A stretch of DNA of 58,475 nucleotides from Deltaproteobacteria bacterium (GTDB lineage Bacteria > Myxococcota_A > UBA9042 > PHBI01), in assembly GCA_016792665.1 (NCBI GenBank), contig JAEUKJ010000179.1:1-58475 (forward strand), read 5' to 3'. The translations under genes and the position numbers were made by a program. Positions 20,748 through 30,035 of this stretch are shown here, in pieces. Positions within the stretch are counted from its first letter, which is position 1. Every line of letters begins with the position of its first letter. A model generated the notes under the pieces. The model worked only from the letters and a program-made list of their open reading frames with translations. It searched no databases and had not been told where the DNA came from.

Positions 20748-21386
20748 TCAGACGAGGCGGCGATCGTGGGGGCCGAAGCGCTGGACGATGGCGTCGTAGG
20801 TCGCGGCGGCGCGGGCGTCGAGGTCGGCGCGGGTGCCGTCGTTGTCGATGAGCCAGGTCGCGAACTCGCGGCGCGTGGCGTCGTCGGTCTGGGCGGCGAT
20901 GCGGCGGTCGGCCTCGTCCTCGGTGAGGCCGCTTCGCGCGAGGAGGCGCTCGCGCTGGAGGTCGCGTGGGCACAAGACGCAGACCAGGGCCGAGAGGCCG
21001 TGCTGGGCCTTGTTCTCGAGGATGAGGGCGGCCTCGTAGAGGACCCAGCCGAGCTTGTCGCGCTGGGCCTCGGCCAGGAGCTTGCCGGTGCGCGCGAGGA
21101 TGGCCGGGTGGGTGATGGCGTTCAGGGTCTTGAGGCGCGCGGGGTCGGAGAAGGCGAGGGCGCCGAGGGCCTGGCGATCGAGGGTGCCGTCGGGCGCGAG
21201 GATCGCGTCGCCGAAGGCACGGACCAGCGCCGCCAGCGCGGGCTCGCCCGGGGCGACGACCTCGCGGGCGATTTGATCGGCGTCGATGATGCGTACGCCG
21301 CGTGCGCGGAAGTGTTCGGCGACGGTGGACTTGCCGCAGGCGATACCGCCCGTGAGACCGATGACGTGGGTAATCGAAGCGCCCAT
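20748..21386 (-). CDS. coaE: Dephospho-CoA kinase
   Basis: IGLTGGIACGKSTV, IDADQIAREVV, LDRQALG..F, LNAITHP. Confidence 0.95.
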   Translation of the reverse strand: MGASITHVIGLTGGIACGKSTVAEHFRARGVRIIDADQIAREVVAPGEPALAALVRAFGDAILAPDGTLDRQALGALAFSDPARLKTLNAITHPAILARTGKLLAEAQRDKLGWVLYEAALILENKAQHGLSALVCVLCPRDLQRERLLARSGLTEDEADRRIAAQTDDATRREFATWLIDNDGTRADLDARAAATYDAIVQRFGPHDRRLV

Positions 21387-21418
21387 GCGCGCGTGATGGC
21401 ACGCGGCCGCGCGCGTCG

Positions 21419-22087
21419 TCAACGCGGCTTCGCGCGGGGCTTGCGGGTGCGGGGTGCGAGCGCGGGTGCAGGGGCGGGAGACGCGCCGATGCCGCCCATG
21501 AGGACGCGGAGCTGGAGGTCCACGAGGGCGTCACCCGCGGCGAGCGCGCCAAAGGGGGTGCTTGGACCGAGGGCGCGCAGGATGACCTGCGGGGCGGCGC
21601 CGATGACGCCCGTGACGATGGCCATGAGCGGCATCGGGAGCTCGGAGGTGAGCGAGCCGTCGCGGCGGCCGTCGGCGACCAGGCGGAAGAGGAGGGCGAC
21701 GTGGCCGGTCTTGAAGCGCTCGACCAGGCGGGCCAGGCGGTCCGACGACGAGAGCGCCTCGCGGATGATGAGGCGGAAGGTGTCGGCCTCGATGCCGTTC
21801 ATGTGGGCGATGCGGCGATACAGGGCGCGCACGCGGTCGACGTAGGTCGTGTGCTCGGGGTCTTCGAAGATCTGCTCGAGGTCGCCCAGCACCTTGGCGT
21901 AGACCTCTTCGACGACGCCGAGGAAGAGGTCCTCCTTGGTAGGAAAGTAGTAGTAGACCATCCCGATACTGGTGGCGGCGTCCTTCGCGATGGCGCGCAG
22001 TGAGGCGCCGTCGACGCTCTCGGCGAGGAATCGCGCGCGGGCGGCGGCCAGCAGTCGGGGACGGATGTCGGTGCGAGGTCGAGCCAT
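21419..22087 (-). CDS. TetR/AcrR family transcriptional regulator
   Basis: MARPR...ASLRAIAKDAATSIGMVYYYFPTKEDLF; start overlaps the permease stop. Confidence 0.92.
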   Translation of the reverse strand: MARPRTDIRPRLLAAARARFLAESVDGASLRAIAKDAATSIGMVYYYFPTKEDLFLGVVEEVYAKVLGDLEQIFEDPEHTTYVDRVRALYRRIAHMNGIEADTFRLIIREALSSSDRLARLVERFKTGHVALLFRLVADGRRDGSLTSELPMPLMAIVTGVIGAAPQVILRALGPSTPFGALAAGDALVDLQLRVLMGGIGASPAPAPALAPRTRKPRAKPR

Positions 22088-23214
22088 CAGCCGAGCTTCT
22101 TCCTGAATCGGAGGGAGGCGAGGAGCACCAGGACGCCGAGGATGGCGGCCATCTGCCAGGCTTCCTGGGTGAGGTCGTCGAGGCCTGCGCCGCGCAGCAC
22201 GATGCCGCGGACGACGCGCAGGAAGTGGGTGAGCGGCAGGGCCTCGGCGATCCACTGCGCGGGCTGGGGCATGGCCTCGAAGGGGAACATGAAGCCCGAC
22301 AAGAGGATGTTCGGCAGGATGAAGAAGAAGGACATCTGCATCGCTTGCTGCTGGGTCTGGGCGAGGGTCGAGAAGAACAGCCCGAGCGCGAGGTTGGCGG
22401 CGATGAAGAGCAGCGAGAGGAGATAGAGGAGCGGCAGGGAGCCGACCACGGGCACGTCGAAGACGAAGCGGCCGAGCAAGAGGATGAGGGTCATCTGCAG
22501 GTAGCCGATGACGATGAACGGCAAGATCTTGCCGATGATGAGCTCGACGCTCTTCACGGGCGAGACGATGAGCTGCTCGAGGGTGCCGCGCTCGCGCTCG
22601 CGGGCGATGGCCATGGCGGTGAGCATGACCATGGTCATGGTGAGGATGACCCCGACCAGGCCGGGCACGATGTAGATCGCGGTGCGGAGATCGGGGTTGT
22701 ACCAGGTGCTCGGCTCGAGGCGGATCGGCTCGTAGGGGGCCAGCCCCGAGGCAGCCATGCGCTCGATGAGGAGCCGGCCCGAGCGCGCGGCGATGAGCGA
22801 CGCGGCGGTGTTGGTGGCCGATGCGACGGTCTGCGGATCGGAGCCATCCAGGACGAGGCGCACGGTGGTCGGGTGGTGGCGGACGAGGTCCCTCTCGAAC
22901 GAGGTCGGGATGATGACGGCGACCTTGGCGGTCGAGCTGCGGAGCGCGCGGTCGACGTCTGCATAGCTCTCGGCCTGACCGACCAGATCGTAGAAGCCGG
23001 TGGCGCGCAGGGACTGGGCGAGGTCGCGCGAGGAGGCGCTGCGGTCCTGGTCGTAGATGACCGTCGGGATGTGGCGGACGTCGTTGTTGATGGCGTAGCC
23101 GAACAAGAGGAGCTGGATGATCGGGAGGGCGATCATCATGGCCATGGTCAGGCGATCGCGGCGGAGCTGCCGGAGCTCTTTCAGGGCGATGACCAGCGGA
23201 CGCGAGAGGTTCAT
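22087..23214 (-). CDS. ABC-2 type permease (YbhS/YbhR-like)
   Basis: KELRQLRRD, LLFGYA, YNP, ARERERGTLEQL, LLSGFMFP. Confidence 0.93.
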   Translation of the reverse strand: MNLSRPLVIALKELRQLRRDRLTMAMMIALPIIQLLLFGYAINNDVRHIPTVIYDQDRSASSRDLAQSLRATGFYDLVGQAESYADVDRALRSSTAKVAVIIPTSFERDLVRHHPTTVRLVLDGSDPQTVASATNTAASLIAARSGRLLIERMAASGLAPYEPIRLEPSTWYNPDLRTAIYIVPGLVGVILTMTMVMLTAMAIARERERGTLEQLIVSPVKSVELIIGKILPFIVIGYLQMTLILLLGRFVFDVPVVGSLPLLYLLSLLFIAANLALGLFFSTLAQTQQQAMQMSFFFILPNILLSGFMFPFEAMPQPAQWIAEALPLTHFLRVVRGIVLRGAGLDDLTQEAWQMAAILGVLVLLASLRFRKKLG

Positions 23215-24209
23215 GACGCGCCCTCTCTCGTGCCGACCGAGGCCGCATGTCGCGAGGGGTCGCCGTCGTCGCGGACCATGGAGACGAAGGCGTCTTCGAC
23301 GGTCGGGCGCGCGGCGCGGATGCGTTCGATGGTGATGTGGGAGGTGGAGAGCGTCGCGTTGACGAGGGCCTCGGGATCGACCCCGCCGCGCGTCGCGACG
23401 CGGAGGAGGTGGCCGAAGTGGGCGACCTCTTCGACCGCGGGGAGGGCGCGGAGGGCAGCCGCGGCGGCGACGGCGTCGGCGGTGGTCGGGACCGAGAGCT
23501 CGGCGACGCGGAGGTTCCGGCGGGCGACGATCTCCTCGGGGGTGCCGACGTCGAGGAGCGTCCCGCGGAAGATGAAGGCGAGGCGGTGGCAGCGCTCGGC
23601 CTCGTCCATGTAGTGGGTCGTGACGAGGATGGTGGTGCCCTTCGCGGAGAGCTCGTGGATCTGCTCCCAGAACTCGCGGCGCGAGACGGGATCGACGCCG
23701 GCGGTGGGCTCGTCCAGGAACAAGAGCGGCGGCTCGTGGATGGTGGCCGAGGCGAGGGCGACGCGCTGCTTCCAGCCGCCGGACAGCGTGCCCGCGAGCT
23801 GGTGCTTGCGCTTGACGAGGCCGGTCTTGTCCAGGACCTCGGCGATGCGCGCCTTTCGGACCTTGCGCGGCACGCCGTAGATGCCGGCGTAGAACGACAG
23901 GTTCTCGAGGACGGTGAGGTCTTCGTAGAGGCTGAAGCGCTGGGTCATGTAGCCGATGCGGGCTTTGACGGCTTCGGGGTCCTTGGCGATGTCGTAGCCG
24001 ATGACGGTGCCGCGCCCTTCGGTGGGGTCGAGGATGCCGCAGAGCATGCGGATGGTGGTCGACTTGCCGGCGCCGTTGGGACCGAGGACGCCGAAGATCT
24101 CGCCGCGATGGACGGCGAGGTCGAGGTCGCGCACCGCGACGAGGGCCCCGAAGCGGCGAGAGAGGCCGTGGGTCTCGATGACGAGCGGGCGCGGGTCGGG
24201 CGCGGTCAT
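23211..24209 (-). CDS. ABC transporter ATP-binding protein
   Basis: GPNGAGKS, LSGGWKQR, LFLDEPT, TTHYMDEAE. Confidence 0.95.
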   Translation of the reverse strand: MTAPDPRPLVIETHGLSRRFGALVAVRDLDLAVHRGEIFGVLGPNGAGKSTTIRMLCGILDPTEGRGTVIGYDIAKDPEAVKARIGYMTQRFSLYEDLTVLENLSFYAGIYGVPRKVRKARIAEVLDKTGLVKRKHQLAGTLSGGWKQRVALASATIHEPPLLFLDEPTAGVDPVSRREFWEQIHELSAKGTTILVTTHYMDEAERCHRLAFIFRGTLLDVGTPEEIVARRNLRVAELSVPTTADAVAAAAALRALPAVEEVAHFGHLLRVATRGGVDPEALVNATLSTSHITIERIRAARPTVEDAFVSMVRDDGDPSRHAASVGTREGAS

Positions 24210-25333
24210 GGGTGGGCGGCCGTCGGGGCGGGTGCCGCGGAGGTCGGCGATGTGGAGGCCGGCGCTGCGGACGAGAAGCGCGCGAAGGCGGGCAGACCGG
24301 GGTGCAGGCGATGCTCGGGGTCGGCGATGCGGAGGCGCACGCGCACGACCAGGTGCGGGCGCTCCTGCTCGGAGAAGACATAGCGCGGCGTGAACTCGGT
24401 GGTGTCGGCGATGTGCTCGATGGTGGCGGCGAAGGTCGGGCGCGAGGCCTGGCCGGGTGGACCGTCGACGATGACCTCGGCCGCGGCGCCGACCGTGAGC
24501 GGCGCGAGATCGGTCGCGGCGACGAAGACGTCGGCATAGGGGTGGTCCGGGTCGCCGAGCGTCGCGACCGGGGTGCCGGGGCCGACGACCTCGCCGGGAT
24601 CGGCGGTGAGCTCGAGCAAGGTACCAGCCGCAGGGGCCCGCAGGACGAGCTTGTCCAGGCGCTCGGTCTCGGCCGCGAGCGCGACCTGGGCGGCGGCGAT
24701 GCGGGTCTTGGCGACCTCGAGCTCGGTCGTGCGCGCGCCGGCCCGGGCCGAGGCGAGCTGGTGCTGGGCGGCCTCGCGCTGGGCGGCGGCGGTGCGCACG
24801 CGGCCTTGCAGCTCGTCGACGACGGCCTGGGTCGAGACCTTGTCGGCCAGCAGTTTGCGCTCGCGCGTGAGCGTCGTCTGGAGGGTCTTCTCGCTGGACT
24901 GGAGCGCGCGCACCTGCGCCTCGAGGGTCGAGACATCTTCGGGACGGGCCCCGGCCTCGAGCACGGCGAGCTGTGCCTTGGCCGTCTCGAGGTCGGCCTC
25001 GCGCACGGCGACGGCCGCGCGGGCCAGGGTGTCGTCCAGGGTGGCCAGGACCTGGCCGGCCGCGACCCGGTCGCCCCGGCGCACGAGGACACTGACGAGG
25101 CGGCCCCCGACCTCGAAGGAGAGGGTGCGCTGGTCGAGCTCGACGACGCCCTGGTACGGGCTCGGCACCGAGGTGGCGCGTCGATCGCACGCCACCAGCG
25201 CGAGCATCAGCGTCAGCGCGACGGCCGCGCGAGAACCCCAGCGGGCGGGGCGAGGCACAGGTGCACGCGCCGGCAGGCTCGGTCTGCCAGGCCTTGTGCG
25301 TCTTGGAACCGGGGTGGCCGAGTTCTTTATCAT
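24206..25333 (-). CDS. HlyD-family membrane fusion protein (YbhG-like)
   Basis: GGRLVSVLVRRGDRV lipoyl half, alpha-hairpin, LRAPAAG, EFTPR. Start uncertain. Confidence 0.9.
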   Translation of the reverse strand: MIKNSATPVPRRTRPGRPSLPARAPVPRPARWGSRAAVALTLMLALVACDRRATSVPSPYQGVVELDQRTLSFEVGGRLVSVLVRRGDRVAAGQVLATLDDTLARAAVAVREADLETAKAQLAVLEAGARPEDVSTLEAQVRALQSSEKTLQTTLTRERKLLADKVSTQAVVDELQGRVRTAAAQREAAQHQLASARAGARTTELEVAKTRIAAAQVALAAETERLDKLVLRAPAAGTLLELTADPGEVVGPGTPVATLGDPDHPYADVFVAATDLAPLTVGAAAEVIVDGPPGQASRPTFAATIEHIADTTEFTPRYVFSEQERPHLVVRVRLRIADPEHRLHPGLPAFARFSSAAPASTSPTSAAPAPTAAHP

Positions 25334-25368
25334 ACGTCTGATAATACATGCCGGGCCGCTGGCCGCAA
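25327..25368 (-). promoter_or_regulatory. Sigma70-like promoter with overlapping palindrome (putative TetR operator)
   Basis: Minus strand TTGCGG-N16-TATTAT; palindrome TTATCA-TACGTC-TGATAA at 25327-25344. Confidence 0.6.
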
Positions 25369-25521
25369 GACCTTCGACGATACGGGCCGTGTCGAAGCGG
25401 GCGTGGGATTGCGCACGCCGATCTCCCCTGGGGTGGGCGACTTCGCGAGGGGCACGCGCGGCCAGGGGCGCCGGAGTGAACGCGGTTGCCGCCAGGGACC
25501 GCGCGGTGTAAGGGGCTTGCG

Positions 25522-26850
25522 ATGGTGTCGCAATCCGAAGAGCCGCCGAACGTGGATGGGTCCCCCGAGGATGTCGCCGAGGAGAGGACGGTCCCGCTCG
25601 CGTGGCGCCTCCTGACCTCGCCGCGCACTTTTCTCGCGACCTCGGCGCTCATCGCGCTGCTCTTCGCGTGGGCCGCGACCCTGCCGCAGCGCCCGCTGGC
25701 CTCCGAGCTCGCGCGCCGCATGCCGTTTGCGTCGGCCGAGGCGATCACCGGTCTCGGGCTGGACGACGTCCTGGTCTCGTGGCCGCTCTTCCTGCTGGTG
25801 GCGGTGCTGGTGCTGAACGCCGCGGGCATCGCGCTGGCGCGTCGACTCGGCACGGGGGGCCCGGGGTCGCGGCTCTTCTCGCGGCTTGCGACCACCCTGC
25901 CCTACCCGGTCGAGGCCGTCCGAGCCGAGCTGCCGCGCGCGCTGGGTGGGTCCGTGGCGGCCCAGCTCAAACCCGGGGGCCTGATTCTGCGACGCGGCTT
26001 CTACCGTGAGGGCGCCGCGCTGGTGGTGCTCGGCGTGCTGGCGCTGGGTCTCGCCCTGGTGGTCTCGCGCGGGTCCGCGGTCGAGCACCGGCTGACCGTC
26101 ATCCCCGCGACGGGCGTGCTGTCGACGGCCGAGACACGGCACGACGACGTCTTCATCGCGCAGGTCCTGCCGTGGGGCGTGATGTGCGATCGGCCCGACC
26201 CCCAGGACCCGACCCGCACCGTGCCCTGTCGGGTGGCGGGCCCGGGCGAGTCGCCGGTCGAGCTCGCGCTCGCGCCGGGGGGAACGACGCACCTCGACGA
26301 GCGGGTCTTCTCACTGGTGCGCGAGGTGCCGCGCGTGCCGGCCCTGGACGAGCCGATCGAGCTCGTCATGACGCGTGACGGTCGGGCCGAGCGCGTCCGC
26401 CTCGACCCCGGCAAGCCCGTCGAGCTGCGCGCCACTGGGCACACGTTGACGGCGTGGCCGGGTCCGGACGGGCCGCTGGTCGTGCTGGAGAAGCCCGCGT
26501 CCGCGGACCAGCCCGCGCGCACCGTGTTGCTGACGCCGCCCAAGACCGCGGTCGTGCCCACCGGCCCCGCGGCCACCGCGGCCCAGACGGTCGATGGCCT
26601 GCGCTTCGAGGCGCGCCCCGCGACCACGATCGAGGTCCGCGCGACGACCTCGCCCGAGGCGCCGCTCGTGCTGGCAGGCCTCGCGATGGTGGTGCTCGGG
26701 CTCATCCTCATGGGCGCTCTCCCGCACCTCGAGGTCACGGTGAGCGCGGCCCCTGGCGGCTCGCGCCTCGAGCTCTCGAGCCACAACCGCCCCTTCCTGC
26801 CCGAGCGCGTCCTCGCGGCCGTCGGACGTCTCCTCGCGAGGCCCTCATGA
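25522..26850 (+). CDS. Divergent ResB/CcsB-like membrane protein
   Basis: WRLLTSPR...TLPQR, LGLDDVLVSWP and RGFYRE match ResB layout; large periplasmic domain; C-terminal TM. Confidence 0.6.
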   Translation: MVSQSEEPPNVDGSPEDVAEERTVPLAWRLLTSPRTFLATSALIALLFAWAATLPQRPLASELARRMPFASAEAITGLGLDDVLVSWPLFLLVAVLVLNAAGIALARRLGTGGPGSRLFSRLATTLPYPVEAVRAELPRALGGSVAAQLKPGGLILRRGFYREGAALVVLGVLALGLALVVSRGSAVEHRLTVIPATGVLSTAETRHDDVFIAQVLPWGVMCDRPDPQDPTRTVPCRVAGPGESPVELALAPGGTTHLDERVFSLVREVPRVPALDEPIELVMTRDGRAERVRLDPGKPVELRATGHTLTAWPGPDGPLVVLEKPASADQPARTVLLTPPKTAVVPTGPAATAAQTVDGLRFEARPATTIEVRATTSPEAPLVLAGLAMVVLGLILMGALPHLEVTVSAAPGGSRLELSSHNRPFLPERVLAAVGRLLARPS

Positions 26851-28073
26851 GCTCGCTCGGCCCCAACGCCGGCTTCGGCGGCCTCACCGGTCGCTTCCGC
26901 CAACACCTCCGGCGCGGCGGCCCCGCGCTCGTGATGGCCGCCGTCGGCGCCGCCATCGGTCTGCCTCATGCTCCGGGTGGCGCGACCCTGGCGTTCCTGG
27001 TCGCCACGCTCGCCTCCTTCGGGACCCGCACGGGGCTCGCGGCAGGCGCGCTCGCGCTCATCGCCGGGGTCGGCGTGGCGCCGGTCGCGATCGCCTTCAG
27101 CCCGTTCGAGATCGCGGGCGCGGCACTCGGCGGGCTCGCCCTCGGGCTGCTGCTGCGCGAGGGAGAGCGCCTCTTCGAGGGCCTCCCGCCCGCTCTCATC
27201 GGGGCGTTGGCCGCGCTGGTCCTGGCCTTCACGCTGGTCATCCCTTCCGAATCGGTGAGGCTCGCGACGACCGAAGGCGCGCCGCTCTTCCTGCCCGCGC
27301 TCATCGTCGATGCGGCATCGATGACGCGTGTCGCGACGACGGTGCCGGCGGAGATCGACCTCGCCGCGCCCTCGGCCCTGATCACCGTCGCGCTGGCGGC
27401 GGCGCTCGCGGCGGCGCTCTTCTTGTTGGGCGCGCGCACGCGCAAGTTACAAGTTGCTACATGGCGGATCGCAGCCGTCGGAGGCGCGCTCGGCGTGGTG
27501 GCCGGGCTCGCGGGGCTGGTGCAGCTCATGGGCTCGGCGACGTTGGACACCGAGACCATGCGCCACGCGTACGACCTCCGGGCGAGCCTCGGCGGGTCGG
27601 TGCTCGACCTCGTGGTGCCGCCGGTGGCCGAGCTCCGCCTCTGGTCGCGCCCCTTCATCGATGGGCTGAGGCTCGTGCCCGCGGTCTTCCTGGCGGGGCT
27701 CGCGGTGCGGAACCTCCTCGTCCTGCGCGCGACGCCGCTCATCAAGGCCGAGGTCCGGGCCGACCACGCGGGTGGTGCCGCGGGGCTGATCACAGGTGAC
27801 GGCGAGGCGCCGCTGCTCGGGAGCTGGACGCCGCTCATGCCGTTGGCGCTCGCGGCGGCGGGGCTCGCGGCGGCGGCCTTGGGACTCGGGAGTGGCGCAG
27901 GCGCGCTCTCGGGGGCGGCGCTCGCGCTCATCGGTGGGATGGCGCTCGGGCTCGGGGCCCTGGTGGCCTCGCGCTTCGACCCGAGCCTCGACCTGGCGCC
28001 GCGCGTCGCGCTGGTCGCGGTCGCGGTGCTCTGGGTCCAGGCCTGGGTGGTCGGCCCTCTCTTCGGGGCATGA
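26847..28073 (+). CDS. Polytopic membrane protein of unknown function
   Basis: ATGA overlaps at both ends; many Ala/Gly/Leu TM segments. Confidence 0.75.
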   Translation: MSSLGPNAGFGGLTGRFRQHLRRGGPALVMAAVGAAIGLPHAPGGATLAFLVATLASFGTRTGLAAGALALIAGVGVAPVAIAFSPFEIAGAALGGLALGLLLREGERLFEGLPPALIGALAALVLAFTLVIPSESVRLATTEGAPLFLPALIVDAASMTRVATTVPAEIDLAAPSALITVALAAALAAALFLLGARTRKLQVATWRIAAVGGALGVVAGLAGLVQLMGSATLDTETMRHAYDLRASLGGSVLDLVVPPVAELRLWSRPFIDGLRLVPAVFLAGLAVRNLLVLRATPLIKAEVRADHAGGAAGLITGDGEAPLLGSWTPLMPLALAAAGLAAAALGLGSGAGALSGAALALIGGMALGLGALVASRFDPSLDLAPRVALVAVAVLWVQAWVVGPLFGA

Positions 28074-28942
28074 CCGAGCGCGATCCGCTGCTCGCGCCGC
28101 GAGGGCGCCGGCGCCGACGCCTTCATCCGCTGTGGGGCGTGGCCGCGCTGATCGCGGGCCTCGCTGGGATCGCGGCGCTCTGGGTGTGGGTCTTCAGCCC
28201 GATCTTCGTGACCCCGCAGGAGTTCCACGGTCGACAGCGCCGCTTCGATCGGGTCATCCGCGAGGTACTGCACGCGCGCGGCGAGTCGGTCTCGAAGCTG
28301 CCGCCCTGGCCGGGTCCCCTCTCGGTCGAGCGCCTCGAGCTGATGGCCTGCGTCGAGGGGCAGGTCGTGCGCGGCGTGCGCTACGCCAGCGGCAAGCAGA
28401 GCATCGACTACCCGTGGGGAGACCTGCCGCCGCACCTCGGGACCTCGCCGGACCTGGTCATCCGCTGCATGCGCGAGCTCGACCTGGACCTGCAGCAGAT
28501 GGTGCACCTCGATCGCACCAAGAACCCCAAGCGCTATCCGATTCAGTTGGTCGCGCAGCGCCAGCCGGACAAGAGCCTCGACCATCGGCGCGTGGCCTTC
28601 CTCTTCACCTTCGCCAAGGCCTTCTGGCCCGACGCCCCGCTCGAGCACGACACGCCCGAGGCCGCAGCCCTGTGGCTGCCCGGCGACATCGTCTTCTGGA
28701 AAGAGGGCGGGCGCGAGGGCTTCCCCGGGCTCATCGGGGTCGTGCTCGATCGTCGCGACCCGACCGGCATGCCGCTGGTCGCGACGCTGCACCCGGACGA
28801 GGGGCGAGCCACGAGCCACCATCGCCTCGACGAGTGGCCGGTACTCGGACACTTCAAGCCGGACATCGACGTCATCTTCGAGCGCTTCCTCGAGGCCTAC
28901 CCCGGCACCGCGCAGGAGCCGCGCCCGGCCGTCCAGCCTTGA
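28070..28942 (+). CDS. Membrane-anchored DUF1287-like protein
   Basis: YPWGDLP, DLVIR..DLQQMVHLD, DKSLDHRRV, WLPGDIVFW, GHF. Confidence 0.75.
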   Translation: MTERDPLLAPRGRRRRRLHPLWGVAALIAGLAGIAALWVWVFSPIFVTPQEFHGRQRRFDRVIREVLHARGESVSKLPPWPGPLSVERLELMACVEGQVVRGVRYASGKQSIDYPWGDLPPHLGTSPDLVIRCMRELDLDLQQMVHLDRTKNPKRYPIQLVAQRQPDKSLDHRRVAFLFTFAKAFWPDAPLEHDTPEAAALWLPGDIVFWKEGGREGFPGLIGVVLDRRDPTGMPLVATLHPDEGRATSHHRLDEWPVLGHFKPDIDVIFERFLEAYPGTAQEPRPAVQP

Positions 28943-29105
28943 GCGCCACGCCCGGTCCCAGCGGCGTCGAGGGCGGCGCGAGTACGGCCGAGGTGACCTG
29001 GGTCGATGCCACGCGGCGCGGACTTCCGGGGTGGTCTGGTCGAAGTGCGACGAACCTGATACCTGTCGTAGCGCTGACGCCGTCGCCGGCGGTCGGGCAC
29101 CGATC

Positions 29106-29960
29106 ATGAAGAAGAAGGACCTCGCGCTCGACCTCCTCGAGATGGCCCTCGCCCGGAAGGACGAGCCGGTGGCGCTTGCGACGGCGCTCATCGCGCTCGA
29201 TCGACTGACGGCGCAGCGGCCTGATCATACCCTTGCGCACTACGCGGCAGGTCGGGTCCTCATGCTCCTCGGCAAGCACCAGCTCGCGCTCGGTGCGTTC
29301 CGCGTCGCCATCGGCTGCGATCCGGACCTCTACGACGCGCACTACTTCGAGGGCGTCTGCCACTGGCTGCTGGGCTTCGACGAGCTCGCCCTGGACAAGC
29401 TCGCCGACGCCTTCCGCCGCGACAAGACGCGCTTCGAGCCGTGGTACGACGCGGGGCAGATCCACGCCAACCGCGGGGCCCATCGCGACGCGCTGGCGTG
29501 CTTCGAGCGCGCACAGGCGCTGGTGCCCGACGACTTCGGCGTGAAGAAGAAGGTCTTGCAGTGCGAGATCCGTCTCGGCCTGTGGGAGCGCGCGCGCCAG
29601 ACGCACGCGGCGCTGCGCGAGCTCTGGGCGCGGTCGAGCGACCCCGAGATCCAGGCCCTGCGGAGCTACGTGCTCGACCAGTTCGAGCTCGATGATCGCG
29701 ACGTGCTGGTGCTCGAGAGCTTCGTGCCCGTGGGCGATCCGCAGGTGCTGATGAGCTTCGTGGTCACCGAGGGTGGCGAGCTCGTCTTCACCGTGAACCT
29801 CGAGTCGTCGAGCGCCCTCCGGGCCGCGGGCTACGCGTGGATCCTCGTCGTGCAAGAGGGCGACGTGCGCGTCAACACCGACATCCGCTACTACGAGCGC
29901 CCGGGCTACCCGGTGCTCAAGGCCGACGTCGACGTGCTGTTGCGACGCTGGGGTCGCTGA
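29106..29960 (+). CDS. Tetratricopeptide repeat protein
   Basis: AHYAAG, AHYFEG, PWYDAG...ALACFERA TPR pattern. Confidence 0.85.
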   Translation: MKKKDLALDLLEMALARKDEPVALATALIALDRLTAQRPDHTLAHYAAGRVLMLLGKHQLALGAFRVAIGCDPDLYDAHYFEGVCHWLLGFDELALDKLADAFRRDKTRFEPWYDAGQIHANRGAHRDALACFERAQALVPDDFGVKKKVLQCEIRLGLWERARQTHAALRELWARSSDPEIQALRSYVLDQFELDDRDVLVLESFVPVGDPQVLMSFVVTEGGELVFTVNLESSSALRAAGYAWILVVQEGDVRVNTDIRYYERPGYPVLKADVDVLLRRWGR

Positions 29961-30035
29961 GCCGCCGTAGAGGCGAGGATCGCGAGGCAAGGAGGCCGTG
30001 GCGCTGCCCCAGGGTGCGTGATATGGTCCGCCGCC

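Noticed and set aside
21419-25895. Apparent very long fusion ORFs (609, 1001 and 894 aa)
   Set aside because: Spurious N-terminal extensions; the real genes start at overlapping ATGs 22087, 23214 and 24209.
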